Of a stretch of 64,000 nt of DNA, positions 22,735-35,914 are shown in pieces (the stretch's first letter is position 1; the number at the start of each line of letters is the position of its first letter). A program made the position numbers and the translations under genes. A model generated the notes under the pieces. That model saw only the letters and a program-made list of their open reading frames with translations, was not told where the DNA came from and ran no database searches. The stretch covers positions 23,594,655-23,658,654 of the forward strand of contig NC_068993.1 of NCBI RefSeq assembly GCF_001194135.2. Direction: 5' to 3'. The DNA is from Octopus bimaculoides. Lineage: Eukaryota.

Positions 22735-22950
22735 CAGTGAGGTGACAGAATAGTTAGCACGCCAGGTAAAATGCTTAGTGACATTTCGTCGATTTTTATG
22801 TTCCGTGTTCAAATTCCGCTGAGATCAGCTTTGTTTTTCATCCTTCTGGGTTTGATAAAACAAGTACCAGATGAGTATTAGATTCGATGTAATAGACCTC
22901 TCCCTACGCCCGAAGTTATCGGCCTTGTGACAACATTTGAAACCAATATT
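22735..22950 (+). mobile_element. SINE family 2
   Basis: GAGGTGACAGAATAGTTAGCACGCC...GTGTTCAAATTCC...GATAAAACAAGTACCAG. Confidence 0.75.
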
Positions 22951-23714
22951 GCGTGAAGTATCTATTATTCACTCTCACGTGTTTTACATCCTACTCAGTA
23001 GAACTATTCCACCAACTTTTCTACCATTTCATGCAAGAGACCCTTGTGATATTTTGCAGTTTCATCATCTTAGAACTATTCCACCAAATTTTTGAACGTT
23101 GTTGTTTCAAGTGAATCGTTGTCTTGTAAAATACTTGTAAAAGTTTGCAGTAAATTTCTATTTAAAATGCGATTTTCATAGTTTATGTCTTGGTAAAGTA
23201 ATTTGTTGAACCATCGTACGTGAGGATGTATAGAAGAATCTTGGATAGGTGTTTATCCCTTATCATGAACACGTAACCAACATTTCTATATTGACATTAT
23301 AGAGAAAGATGCTTCAATTATTGGGAAGATATTATTTAAAATTTATCACACTACTGTATTTCTCCTCCCACACGACACCAAATATTATGCAGGAAATGAC
23401 TGATGACGTCATATGAAGATATATTTTTTAGAAGATAGCTATTAGAAATCGTAATCTCAGAAATGTAGAGATATGTGGAATGGAAAATAGTTCGAAAGAC
23501 AGAAATTTTCCTCTTCAGAGATAAACAAGTCTAATTCCAGAATAAGTGCTTCAGCTAACCAGACGTGGTAGCTGGTTCGAATAATTGCTTAATAATTTCA
23601 TTATCCAGAGAATATTTCGTATGTGTATTTCGTGTGCAAGATTCTTGATGTGGATACGTGTGTTGAAAGAAATACAATTAAACCTTGGGAGAGGCATTAT
23701 GCCGGTAATAAACA

Positions 23715-24321
23715 ACCTAGATACCGTAACAAACTGTGGAATAGAGTACAAAGAATTAGTGACAAAACAAACAGAAAGAGCACGTGGTACAATAGCGACA
23801 AGTTCCAGGGAGTAATGTTTGTGGACGCCACGCCACACGGAGAACTGGCCCGCAGATTTCGAAAAATCCTCAAAAGTACCAAGTTGAGGATAAATGTTAT
23901 AGAAAAACCAGGGAGATCCATTAGATCAATAATATGTAAAACATATCCCTTCAGAAGAACAAGGTGTGTTGAGGAGAGTGGCATTGTGTGCAAATATAGT
24001 CCTGGTGCCAACTGCAAAGCCAGAAATGTGGTCTACAAAATAAGCTGTATGGATGGTGAGTGTAAAAACAGAAACACGACATACATAGGTGAAACGGCAA
24101 GAAGTTTGGCTGAGCGTGTAAACGAACATTGGACGGACTATAATAATCAAAAACAAACCTCGGTGCTCTACCAGCATGCCATAGAACAACATGGTGGTGT
24201 ACTGGACAGAATTAGCATAGAAATCCTGTCTAGACACCCCGGTGACGCATCGTTGCGCCAAATACAGGAGTCGGTCCTCATAATTGAAACGCAACCAATT
24301 TTGAACACCAAATACACGTAG
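23715..24321 (+). pseudogene. C-terminal thumb/linker/GIY-YIG endonuclease portion of a PLE ORF (open frame, no RT core)
   Basis: WY..GVMFVDATPHGELA, CKARNVVYKISC..C....YIGETARSLAERVNEH, SVLYQHAIEQH, RQIQESVLI, PILNTKYT*. Confidence 0.85.
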
Positions 24322-24637
24322 ATGAGGGCCTTACAATTGCCCATGGTTGCATGTGCTGGTCACACATATAATGCGGAATATGAACGTAAATAAATAAATA
24401 TAAATTAAAATTTTAAAAAAAAAGTCTCTATCTGATCTGATATAAACGAAATCGTTACAAACACACATATGGACGCACATACTTACATATAAGCACGAAC
24501 ACATAAGTGCGTGCACACATATGAGCGTGCACACATACGAGCTTGCACACACTCACATGCTCATACCGAACAGTTTCAAAACAACGCCAAAACAACGCCA
24601 GATCATACATTCAAAATAAATGGAAGTGGAGAGACAA

Positions 24638-24678
24638 GTTACTGAAGAGATTGCAAGAGTGCAATGAAATAATTTAAC
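24638..24678 (+). ncRNA. Compact type I hammerhead ribozyme motif (family C)
   Basis: GTTA(24638-41)-CTGAAGA-G-ATTGCA/AGAG/TGCAAT-GAAAT(24666-70)-A-ATT-TAAC(24675-78); perfect 6-bp helix II and 4-bp helix I. Confidence 0.7.
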
Positions 24679-25161
24679 AAAAAACTATATAAATTAATAA
24701 AGGTCTGAACCAGTGCGTGTGTTTATTATCGGCATAATGCCTCTCCCAAGGTTTAATTGTATCCAGAGAATGTTATGCATTAATTCTGCACCCCAATCTA
24801 ACGTATTTTAGATCACGGTACTGCACTGCGCTGTGATGTGTTGCAAAAGTCAAAGCAGGATTTTTGTCATACTACCGTCTTATGCTTGCCTTAATGATTT
24901 CTGATATATTTAAGATGACAGTGAGACTCAATCTATACATGGCACAATTAATCAAGTAGCATCAATGCAAGCTGCGACAAAGCTACTTCACAGGAAAAAT
25001 ACCACCGACCTAATTTTGATCATTCTTTGAAAACACACCGATTCATGTAGATATACTTTTAGATAGGTGTGTGAACCTCTCTCTCACTCTCTTCCCATAT
25101 ATGTTTCAGCGCGTGTGTAGGTGCTGTGTGTGCGTGTGTGTGTGTGTGTGTNNNNNNNNNN

Positions 25162-25205
<44 letters not shown>

Positions 25206-26019
25206 TCATATATAATATACATATGAAAGTAACGATGATTTACACTAAACCAAAAACATACATACACTCTGTCACACAATGAGCCTGTCTGGGTTTGCAA
25301 TGAATGCATTTGAGTCGGTTTGTTATAAGCTGTGTCAAAATAGTAGTACAAAGTATAAATACCAACAACGGTTTTAAAGGAAAAACTTGTTTTCTTTTTA
25401 ACTGCTAATAAAAACTATGGGAAAATTTGTAAAAAAAAAAAAAGGAATATAGGACGTTCTGTAATATTTCATTATTTACATTTCATATTCGTTTACAATG
25501 ACACTTTATGTTTGAAGCTTCTAGCATTTATTTATTTGCTAGGATTTTGTTAGTACCCTCATATTTTTCAATGTTTTACTCATCTTTGTTTTTATTGCTC
25601 TGTTCATTGATGTTGATATAAGCGGCTTAGAAGATTTCCGATGTTTGACGTTTTCCTTTTTTTTTTCAAAATAGTAACTCATTTTTACTGAACAACTGTA
25701 GTGAGTCAGTCAGACAGTCAGTGAGCGAAACAGAAAGAGACACAGAGAGAGAGCATAAAGAACGGAAGACGAAGGATTAAGGTACGAGTTTAAATTGAGC
25801 AAAACAGTGCCTATGTGCACTTTCATTAATTTGACCCATATTCTAAAATCTGTTATTGTTTTAATTTGCATTTTATCCTCTTGCTTAACGATTAAGGAAA
25901 AGATTGAAAGATATATTTTTAGAAAGATATATGTATATAAAGACGTGTGTATGCGAATACGTGTGTATGTGTGTAAACATTCATATGTTGCTTTTGTGGC
26001 AGGTTTTCTTCAAAATATA

Positions 26020-26078
26020 CTCTTTTATTCTTTTACTTGTTTCAGACATTTGGCTGCGGCCATCCTGGAGTACCGCCT
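26020..26078 (-). mobile_element. SINE family 1 tail fragment
   Basis: Minus GCGGTACTCCAGGATGGCCGCAGCCAAATGTCTGAAACAAGTAAAAG. Confidence 0.7.
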
Positions 26079-26104
26079 ATAGTCTAGCAAATCGGAACAC
26101 TAAC

Positions 26105-26365
26105 AGATCTTTCTTCTTTGTGAAAGAACTATCATTTATTCCGGAACATGTGTAGGAATTAAAGGAACTTTCATCGACATGCGTTTTGCTCCATTTATTA
26201 TTATCCATATCCTCTCAAAATGTATCACTTCAACTTGGTATATCTACCTGTAAAACGGGTGTGATATCTTGTTTTTTAGTGTAATTTTGCTACCTCTGGT
26301 AACTATTAACGTATTTAAATTATTGAAAATTTTAATAACTGAGATAATATTAATATATACATAAA

Positions 26366-26372
<7 letters not shown>
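26105..26372 (+). mobile_element. Degenerate copy of the PLE family B terminal repeat and 5' UTR; ribozyme core broken
   Basis: Aligns to ~14415-14680; GAAAC reads GGAAC and the CTGATGA half is missing. Confidence 0.8.
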
Positions 26373-26406
<34 letters not shown>

Positions 26407-26779
26407 TAAACGTCTGAGAAGAATATTATATATTGCAACGACAATATACGTGGACACTCATTGAAATTAAACAGCTTATCGACACTACATTACGTAGTTA
26501 ACTGATACAAGTACTCAATGTGGCCAACTTTTCTGGAAAATGCCCGTGGAGTGAAATGCAAGAGCTTGAATACTCAGCTTTGACACTCTCGAAGCGTTTG
26601 ATTTTGTGTGTGATTTTAAATTGGGTTCGGACATTTTGGATTTGTTTCAGATTATGTAATGAGGACTGTTCTTTCCTAAGTCTGTTATGAATCCCTTCTT
26701 AAATCCTCGACTAAAGCTCGAAGCACCTTGTTGTTATAGAATGTATATGCATACGTATGCAAGGTGCATACACCCACCA

Positions 26780-28587
26780 CACACACAAACATGTGTATGT
26801 GGATGGATGATTAGACGAACAATATCAACAATTCAATTGATATACTAACGGTTTGTGTTTAGTTAAACATTTTGCAAAATTGAATGCACAGATGTTGTTG
26901 TGGATAAACATTGTTTGCGTCCCCTGCATGAGTCTGCATGCATATTTAAACCTTTTTTTTTTCTTTTACATGATACCAGTTAGAATACCCATGTTTAATA
27001 AAGCAAGTATCCGCTTGGGCAGAAGTGTTAAAGTGCTGACAAGCAAAACAAAGCAAGGCTTTCTTTGAAAAAGAACACTCTAACCATGGACGGCTGGTAT
27101 ACCAGCTTGCCGAGAAGTCACGCTTCTGATTTCCATAAATTTTTGGATCAAACTTTGCTAGAACTGGCAGCACTGGTTGGTAGTCGACCTGTCTTAGATC
27201 ATCCAATGAGGGTGTCGAAGACTCTGCAAATCATTCCTTGAGCTGCGAAAATTCTTCGTTTGCAGTTCTCTTCTGTTTAGCATTAGATGAATCAGATTGG
27301 AAATTCAGCAATGATTGTTTCAATTCTCTTTTTCGGTAGCGATTCATTATTTAATGACACTTCGTAGTACACTGGCCTTAAAGTTATATACTTCTACACT
27401 AATGTCGGTAGAATTAAAACGATTTAACCAGCACTTTATACTGAATTATATAAATGTAACAATACGAGTGGTTTGTGGCATAAGAAACCAAGTTTTGTAA
27501 ATTTATAAATTTTAGGCTCTGTACTCTGGTTGTATATTCGGGTCCGTCACCAGACTTTGATGCTTAGGATGGCTTCAAAAAGATCTGCCTTGGCACTACA
27601 ATTTGCAATAATTATAAGGCGAAGTATCCTAGTAAGCGTAAGAATTTCTTAAAATTTATGAATTTTAAATTCAACTCCAAGAGATTTTAGTTCAAGGAAT
27701 TTTTTTTCAATTTCTCCAAAGTTAGGCCTTTTTAATTAAACACAAAAGAATTTCGTAGAATTTTGCTCAAAGAGAAACAATAATTATTTCGTGAATCTTC
27801 TGAGCTGAAAAAAAGTTTCTGAATGTATATTTCAGAAAATATCAAATTGTAAACAAACTCAAAATATCAATGATGGAAATGTTTTCTTACATTTTTCGCG
27901 AATTTACGAACTCGATAATATTTCTATGACTGGTGGGAATAAAATGAATTTTTTTATCTCTGTTTTATATTATAATATATATATATATATATACATGTGT
28001 ATGGGTGCGTTACCAGTACCATAAATCCAGATGTTTTCTCTCGAAATGCTTTTTAACAGCAGTAACAACCACCACTACAGCAACAAAAACTACCACAACA
28101 AAAGCAACGACAATCCCCACAGCAACAACTGACCCAGCTTCAACCTCTAACAGTACTTAAATCCATCACAATTGATGACGTAATTAATGAAACGGTCAAG
28201 CTTTCAAATACCATTTGTTACCCACAAGCCGTTCTACAGTACACACGCGCAAACACACACACACACACACACGCACATACACACAGACACACCCCACTAA
28301 ATCAAAGTAATTTGAACTTATTGCTTGCCTCTCCAGCGACCTCAAATCTTAGCAATCTGTTGCCGCTAAAGTGTCTAAAATTCCACAAAAGAAGTTTTTT
28401 TAAATTTTATTTTATTTATTTATATATATTTTTTAATTATTCTTTTCAACTGTCTGCAAACACAACCAGGCTGAGATAATGCATTCTTGCAAGTGTGAAT
28501 AAAGCAGATTCTGAAACTGGTGGGGCCGAAATTCTAACTGGGGTGGCTAAGATCACCATAGCTCCACTCCCCGTGGCTACATGCCTG
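26780..28587 (-). mobile_element. hAT-type DNA transposon relic (one terminus plus TTF zinc-finger region)
   Basis: ORF 26946-27206 KRDFSASWYTSRPWLECSFSKKALLCFACQHF..F...GYSNW resembles ZnF-TTF/hAT N-termini; minus terminus CAGGCATGTAGCCACGGGG at 28587. Linking these two parts is an inference. Confidence 0.55.
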
Positions 28588-28842
28588 CTGACCACATGGG
28601 TACAATACATTTAAAAAGAAGCCCTTCTCTCTCCTCTTTTTCTTTTCTCTTTATTTTTTGTTCTCCAGCCCGTCATTCTTTCCCCTTCTTTCTTTACTCA
28701 TTTCTTTTATAAAAGAAAAAGAACCGCGGTGCATCAGTATGGCCGCAGCTCTGAGCTGAAGCTACTGCAAAAAAAAAAACCTGAAAGCCTCCCCTTCTAG
28801 ATTTGGATATAAGACAAAGAAATCTTGTGCAAAATAGTATAA

Positions 28843-29207
28843 TTCTGGCAAGTAAAGTTTGTCGCCACTTCAACATGGCTATTCCATACGAACGGACGTT
28901 ACTGCGATTTTTTGCCGGTGCAACATACATCCAATATATTGCAAGCAGAGAACCTCTACCACCTTCTAGCGTCAGGACCACCAAAACAGTACTTCGCAGA
29001 TTGATGCGAACTACTGCCATCTCTAGCAGATAAGTTTCGCTTGAAAATGGTTTGTTGGTTCTGACGCTAGAAGGTAGTAGGAGTTCGCTTCCTTGCTTGC
29101 AATATATCGGATGCATGGTGCATCGTTAACCAGCAAGAGGAATTGCAGTAACGTCCGTTCGTACGGAACAGCCATGTTGAAGTGGCGACAGATATTACTT
29201 GCCAGAA
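28843..29207. repeat. Foldback inverted repeat (~145-160-bp arms), probable MITE
   Basis: TTCTGGCAAGTAA..TGTCGCCACTTCAACATGGCT.TTCC.TACGAACGGACGTTACTGC at 28843 onward is mirrored at 29050-29207. Confidence 0.85.
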
Positions 29208-29626
29208 CAGTTACTGCTTTCAACTCTTACAGAGATTTACAACTAGACACTTTTCTTGTTGCAAGAATAATTCTAGATATTGGTCAATTTGTAATGGACC
29301 GCTATTAAAATGTAACTCCTGAAACAATTAGCTAGATATATACACAGCGTATATATCTACATATAAACCACTCTGTGTTTTTCTCTGGTGTAAATGTTGG
29401 ATCTCCGATCGTCTATCCGTGTTGATTATCACGTTGGGATTACATAGATCAATTTCTAATATATTTCATCTCACCATTGCACCTTGCCGTCAGTTTTGTG
29501 AGTAGCATTCAGAATTCGACCATTGTTTAAGACAGACGGGAAATTTGCCTGGCAACTGTTGGTGTTGCCACCTATAGTTACTTTTATAGAAACACGATTC
29601 ATACTCCGGTGAAATTTACTTCGATA

Positions 29627-30055
29627 TCGTTATGCCTCGAACTGCTTTATATTTGAACATAGCATTCAAAATGTGTTTTGTAGATCACTGTCCTATTTAC
29701 TGATTTTTGATTAGATGCCGTAAAGCTTCCGTGGAACATTGTGATATGCGATTAATTGAGACACGTGGTGTTGAATTGATATATTTCCCCTTTTTTTAAT
29801 TTCTTCCTTCTTTGGATTTTTTTTGTTTTTTTTTTTGATCTTTTCTGTTTGGCTACACTTTCTGAAATTTTGAAATTAAGGGAAATTTTCAAATTTGCTT
29901 TATTGATGTGATTTTTCACGCTGAATCTCAGGGCCTAATTTACTGGAAAAATTCTGGAACAATTTACTTCTTCCAGAATTTTTTTTAATGTTACAGAGGT
30001 TTAAAATTTGATATTTTTTTTTTACCTAGTCGGAATACACGATATGGAAGTTGTC
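29627..30055 (+). repeat. Second copy of dispersed repeat X (probably part of a non-autonomous DNA element)
   Basis: Matches 15769-16138 with small indels. Confidence 0.8.
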
Positions 30056-31714
30056 ATTTTGTGCGTGACTGCAATCATAAGACGACAAGACAATACCGTG
30101 AACATTGAAACGAGGGTACATGTTTTAAGCATTTAATAAGTGAAAATAAGCAAAACAGCTGCAAGATGGGCTAGTGAAAATGCAATGTAAAATATCCAAA
30201 AACAGCAAATGGTGTGTGTTGACAGTGCAACGTAAAATATCCAAAAGCAGCGACAGATGCCTACAAGCAGGAAAACAGAGGGTAAAATATCAGTTCGTAA
30301 GCACACGTGGTTTTTCAAGAGTTCCAAGAAGAGTTTCAGCGCTTGGCATGTTACTATGGAAACAAGCACCTATATGTCTATGGCATTCGCTTGGCTAGAA
30401 TTCCCAAAATTGCAAACTTTAAAGGAAGAATATGTTTTTGCAAATGAACCAACTAAATGTACATAAATACTATATCAAAGAACAGTAGGACACTTATGCA
30501 GCAGAAACACGTGTTGGATTAAAATCACTCTACTATGCATGATAAGGAGAAATATGAACATTTATAATTATTTGACAGACGAATCTTTGTTGGGGTGGGT
30601 GTTTTGTAACCATTAACAGTAAACACAAGCTATTAAAAAAATATAAATACTGTTGTTTCATCACACACCAATCTTGTTTATGTCAACTTTGAATGATATA
30701 AGTTTGAAATAACAAATTGCACCAAAGCACTATTATGTCTGCGGAAATAGAATGGCTTCGCCTGGAAATATAAAAAGTATTCCTTTGCCTGAGTGACACT
30801 TAAAAAATACCACATTGCAAAGTTATGAGCTTACCAGGGTAAATTAGTAATATGTAGGAACACAATAACAGTATGGAATTAATCAAATATATTTATTTAT
30901 AAGTTGTTGAACAACGTCGACCCGCAAGCTTGCGTTGCTATGCGTGTGCGGTCCAAACTGATGTTGGTGTCGATATATTTGTATTAAAATCTCGATCAAT
31001 TAACGCTTGGGACTGAAGAAAAATATTTAGACTGAATTGTGAAGCACTAATATCACACAGTTATTCATCCGATAGAATAATCTTTGACATTTGTTTGTAG
31101 TCATCGGAATTCACATCTGAACTTGCACATAAAATAATTCACTACCTTCATATTTTAGATACACTACTCCTCTCTATTTTCACTTTTACTAGTAAATGTG
31201 ATGTGCCAACTCCTCTTGATTTTGTGATGCTATTTCTTTGGTTTAGTTTACCATTGTTATTCTTTGTTGCAGAATACCAGTAGAATTTTAGTCTTCATGA
31301 ATTAAGGTCATCAGCTTTACCACATTAAAAACTGGTAGTTCTTCCGCAGTTATATTTTACAGATTTTAAAATTGCATGAAGTTAAGATCTGTTGAGTTGT
31401 TAGAGTTACGAAATAAGTGTCGGCATTATGTTAGTATTTCCCCTATTATATTACATATTCGAAGTCGAATACTTCTAGCAAATTTAGTACATGATCTTCA
31501 TTTGTACAGAGTTTATATACAGAGTCGTACAGAATTTATATTTAAATTGTAGCAAGCGAACGATGCTCTATTATATCTATACAAAAAAAATGAGGGTAGA
31601 ACCAGTGCATGGTCAGTCAAATATACTGCAATCACTATTCTCAACATTTGCTCAATTCCAGTTGCTTTGTTCAACATATTCTTTTGAAAGAAAATATATG
31701 TTACTATACAGTAT

Positions 31715-31930
31715 TTTCTCTACAGAAGTTGATAGGATCGTTAGTGTGCCGTGCAAAATTCTTAGCCAAATTTCGTCGGTCTTTACGTTCTGGGTTAAAA
31801 TGCCACCGGGATCGACTTCACCTTTCCTCATTTGGGTGTCGATAAAGTAAATACTATTCGAGCACTGGGTCGATTTAATTGAATCATCCCCACCCACGAA
31901 ATTTGTGACCTGTTGCTATAACTCGAAACC
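31715..31930 (+). mobile_element. SINE family 2 (diverged)
   Basis: GATAGGATCGTTAGTGTGCC..GTTCTGGGTTAAAATGCC..GTCGATAAAGTAAATAC. Confidence 0.65.
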
Positions 31931-32469
31931 AATGTATTTTATCTAGGGGAAGAATAAGTACTGTAGTATTTCTGTTAACCATTTTTTGTTTTTGCATCTT
32001 AAACTGAATGCGCTGAGCAAATGAGAAAGATTACATAATGTATGTGAGTGCCAGAGAACATTTAAATGAACTATGCTCGATGGAAACTTAGAATGGATTA
32101 TTAGAAATTGTCCTTGAAGCATCTTCTATATAATGACTAAGCAAATTAAAAGTGAGATGCTGGAAATGACTGAGCTGTTAGGTAAATTTTCAATATTTCA
32201 CTTGAAATAATCTAGGAAATTTTCGTGGAGTAATTAAGAAACCAAGTAAAGGCAATATTCTCCTCAATCTGCGAAGCAGCTGTGAATGCGTTCAATAAGG
32301 TCACGCCTGGTTAATATCTGTCATATATAAATAATTAGATGTTTTGTAATTTTCAAAATTGCTGAGAGTATCATAATATAGTCTGAAGCTCTCCTAGGCA
32401 GATATGCGCAAGAAATGGACATATTTAAAAATATTTTAGAAATGAAGTAACGGAAATAAACAACGGTTT

Positions 32470-32603
32470 TAAATTTTGGCCGAATACCAACAATTACTCG
32501 AGAAGACAAAATTGATTACATCGACGCCAGTAGTCAAGTGTTAGTTATTTAATCGACCCCAAAATGATGAAAGGAAATGTCGACATCGGTACAATTTGAA
32601 CGG
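32470..32603 (-). mobile_element. SINE family 2 fragment
   Basis: ATCGACCCCAAAATGATGAAAGGAAATGTCGAC matches the family 2 body on the minus strand. Confidence 0.6.
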
Positions 32604-33551
32604 AATGGAAATAAATATTTTGATAACTTATGAACTGTCAAATCCTGTATGATACAATTCAGCTCAATATATTTCGCAGATTCATTGAATATTAATATTA
32701 ATTTGATGCAATATTCTCTTTACACTAATCAGTATATGAGTACAAATCACAACGCGGTTGAATTTGCTTTCCATATGTTTTTTTTTTTTTTTGGTTTTTT
32801 GTTTTTTCGAGATTTGAAACATAAACTAAAATTCGAGTATGACATATTGCCGAAATTGTCAGATTATCTGTCGATACAATCTGACAATGTTTGCTGTATT
32901 TGTTCCCGCTTGCTACCTTCTGCGTTTTATTTATAATTCGTTTAACATTGTTTTATTGAGGAAAGTAAACTTAAAGACACAGTCCTATGGCAAGAATTTG
33001 GGTAAAAACCACCCCCTTAAGTGTAACTTACAGAAGACAAAAACAAATGAGGGTTACATGATAGGTGCTCTTTCCTTTCTGCAATGGGGCAAATGACAAA
33101 ACATTTTACTCAAAACTAAACTCCTCAAAATCTTGCACAAAACCGATCAATTTCGACAGAATTTTAGATACAGTAGTTAAATGTAGAAGAGAACAATAAA
33201 TATCAAATCACTAGGATTTTGTAACTGGAATATTTTAACATACAGATTTGATATTTAGATTTCATAAAAGTAACGTTATCTGATTCAGCTAGAGACAGAC
33301 AGTAGCATAAGATTTCAACTCAGAAGAGTTTCTGCTGTCACCTGGGATTTATATTACTTTATTTCCTCTGCTAAGCTCCATCACTATCTTCCTCGAAGCG
33401 TATACACTTACACTCTCACGCAAACGCACAAATATTATATATATATAAATATATATTTATACGTGTGTCGTTCGTATATGCATGTATTTATATGTATATA
33501 TCTTGAACGAGAAAGATATACGTATTTGTGCGTGTTAGTGTTTGTTTGTGT

Positions 33552-33594
<43 letters not shown>

Positions 33595-33825
33595 CAAACA
33601 ATGTGTCGTATTAAGGAGAAATGAATTCAGACGAAAATCACCAAAAATATTATTTTGAGATGCTTACTGAATGTCTTGTTCCCCAGTGTAAAAGTTGTTT
33701 ATTTTGGATATGAAATGAAATATTAATAATAACTGATCTCCATGAAAATTTGAAACCTACATATAAATGATCAACAATTTATATATTTTGTGATTTACAG
33801 ACAACACTGCTTCATATCTATGAGG

Positions 33826-33990
33826 CCAGCAATTTCGAACAGGGTGTAAGTCGATGGCATCGACCCAATACTTAACTGGTACTTTCTTTATCGATACCAA
33901 AATGGAGGAAAAGAAAAGTTGACCTCGTTTGTTAAGACGAACTAAATACTGGGTAGCATCTTACTCTGCGTGCTAATAATTCGTTCAGCT
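33826..33990 (-). mobile_element. SINE family 2 fragment
   Basis: CATCGACCCAATACTTAACTGGTACTTTCTTTATCGA..AAAGTTGACCTCG. Confidence 0.6.
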
Positions 33991-35821
33991 GATTGCCTTA
34001 TAACTCACGCAATATTGCAAAGTGTTTAGATACACATTTAATTCTGTACGCTATCCAGCGACTAACTTTAGCTGGACCGTGTACACATTTTTATGCATTT
34101 AATCATGTAACAGAGTATTCAGTTCATACTATCTTTAGTTAATATAGTTTTGACGTAGTTCTCTAATTTGACGTAGGTCTCTAAAATTATGATATACTTC
34201 TTGCAAGAAATGAACCTGAGTCACATCATAAGCTTCGTGAGTACTTTTTTAGGGAATGTTATCCTTCACGTTCAACTACACACTTATTTGTATGAATTCT
34301 TACCTCTAACAAATGTCATGTAATGACAAACTACAATTAAAACAAATTCTATGACAGCTAAGGTACAAAATACATCACCAAACGTTTCGATTTCCGAAAT
34401 ACTATGCACATATTAAAACCAATTCATAATTTTTCCATTAAATATATACAGAATTTTCTTTCAATCAAAGAACATAAACGTACAAAGAATTGTGAAACTT
34501 ATATTTATATTAGTATTACATTTATTACAATAACATTTTTTCCATGCAGCTCGTATATAACGAATGATATAACACTCTGTAAAACGAAACAGTTTATATT
34601 CAGAGGAATGTGAAATGGAAGACGACCATATAATAAAAGAAACCGCCAGGTTTATCAACACACCAAACAATAAATATATGACGTGAAAATATTCTGTGTT
34701 AGAATTGCATATTTTCATTTCCTTGTGTATAATATATTTACATATATTGAATAATTGTTTTATACCAACGAAAATCAATGAATGACAAATAGTTTCCTAA
34801 GTATGTCAGTCTAATATATTCAATTGATTTTCTTACGCTTCAATTTTTGGTATTTTCAAAAGTCTATGTAGCCATACTCATAGAGTGAGAACACAGATAC
34901 ACATACACATACAAATCACAACTTTACACCCTCATATACATACATACATACACACATAATACACACATACATATATATATATGAGAGGTTTTTCGTATCC
35001 AGAATGTATGTATGTATGTATATGTGTGTGTGTGTGTGTGTGAGTACGCATGTATGTATATATGTATGTAAATCTCTCCATCCCTCATATATCTCATATA
35101 TATATATGAGATATACAAATTGTTTAATACCAAGCTAGAACAGACCTGATGATGCTTATATGGACATATTAAAACATTTTAAAGATTTAACACACGTCCT
35201 AGATAACTCAATATCCCACCTACAGATCGGTGAAGCACATGTTCTAAACTCCTCCCAAAATGCATGGCTTTTCCTTAACTAAACTTGTGCATAATGGTCC
35301 TCCTTTCTATTAACCAGCATAAATACTACATCCCAAAAAATATCCGAAAAACATAAAACATTATATAGAATTGAACCACCACCCCACAATAGCATTTATT
35401 ACAAGAACTATACTTGAAAATAATATCATTAAGTACCCATCTAATACAATAAGTAAAGAAGCCAGCCCAAACAGTAACATAAACCTCGACGTAATTAGAG
35501 AGAATCCTGACTTCAGACAGCAAGGGTGTGAAACCAACGTCAGCCATACAGACTTAGAAATAGATCATATTTCAGATTCCAAACAACCTCCATCACTTCC
35601 CCATGAAACCTTCCTAACAAACAGCGAACTGTATTCAGTTCAATTCTAGCCTAGCTGGTTGAAAAAAAGCCTGAATGAAACTGCACATACAATGCCCTTT
35701 TGCATGTACAACTGCCCTTACCCTGTGCAGTTGAAACACGTGTAGGTCGTCATAAACATAAAAATATGGTGAATGAAACTGAAAAATAAAAGTTAATAAA
35801 TACTTGAGAATTACTCATTTT

Positions 35822-35914
35822 TGTCAGCTGAGTGGACTGGAGCAATGTGAAATGAAGTGTTTTGCTCAAGAACACAACGCGTCACCCGGTCCAGGAATCG
35901 AAATCACAAACTTA
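35822..35914 (-). mobile_element. SINE fragment (B box plus central domain)
   Basis: Minus GATTTCGATTCCTGGACCGGG..GTTGTGTTCTTGAGCAAAACACTTCATTTCAC; cut by an N gap. Confidence 0.6.

Larger units (their letters stand above)
23614..24759 (+). mobile_element. 5'-truncated Penelope-like insertion, family C (Naiad-like, tentative), with 12-bp TSD
   Basis: TATCCAGAGAAT at 23602-13 and 24760-71; internal GIY-YIG frame; hammerhead at 24638-78; inverted arms 23672-23714/24720-24762. Confidence 0.85.

Noticed and set aside
23397-23459. CTGATGA...GAAAT-CGTA-ATC-TCA hammerhead-like string
   Set aside because: Helices I and III are possible but helix II cannot be closed, and it lies outside the TSD-bounded PLE.
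25700-25790. TCAGT-rich stretch ending in a donor-like AAG/GTACGA, possible first exon
   Set aside because: Motifs are too short and common, and no downstream exon can be found.
26141-26160. Family B repeat copy that seemed to begin exactly at the ribozyme cleavage site
   Set aside because: Diverged homology continues upstream through loop II (from ~26105), so the boundary is not at the cleavage site.
35145-35650. CTGATGA followed by a 92-aa ORF (35371-35649)
   Set aside because: No helix II or GAAA box, and the ORF has no recognisable motif.
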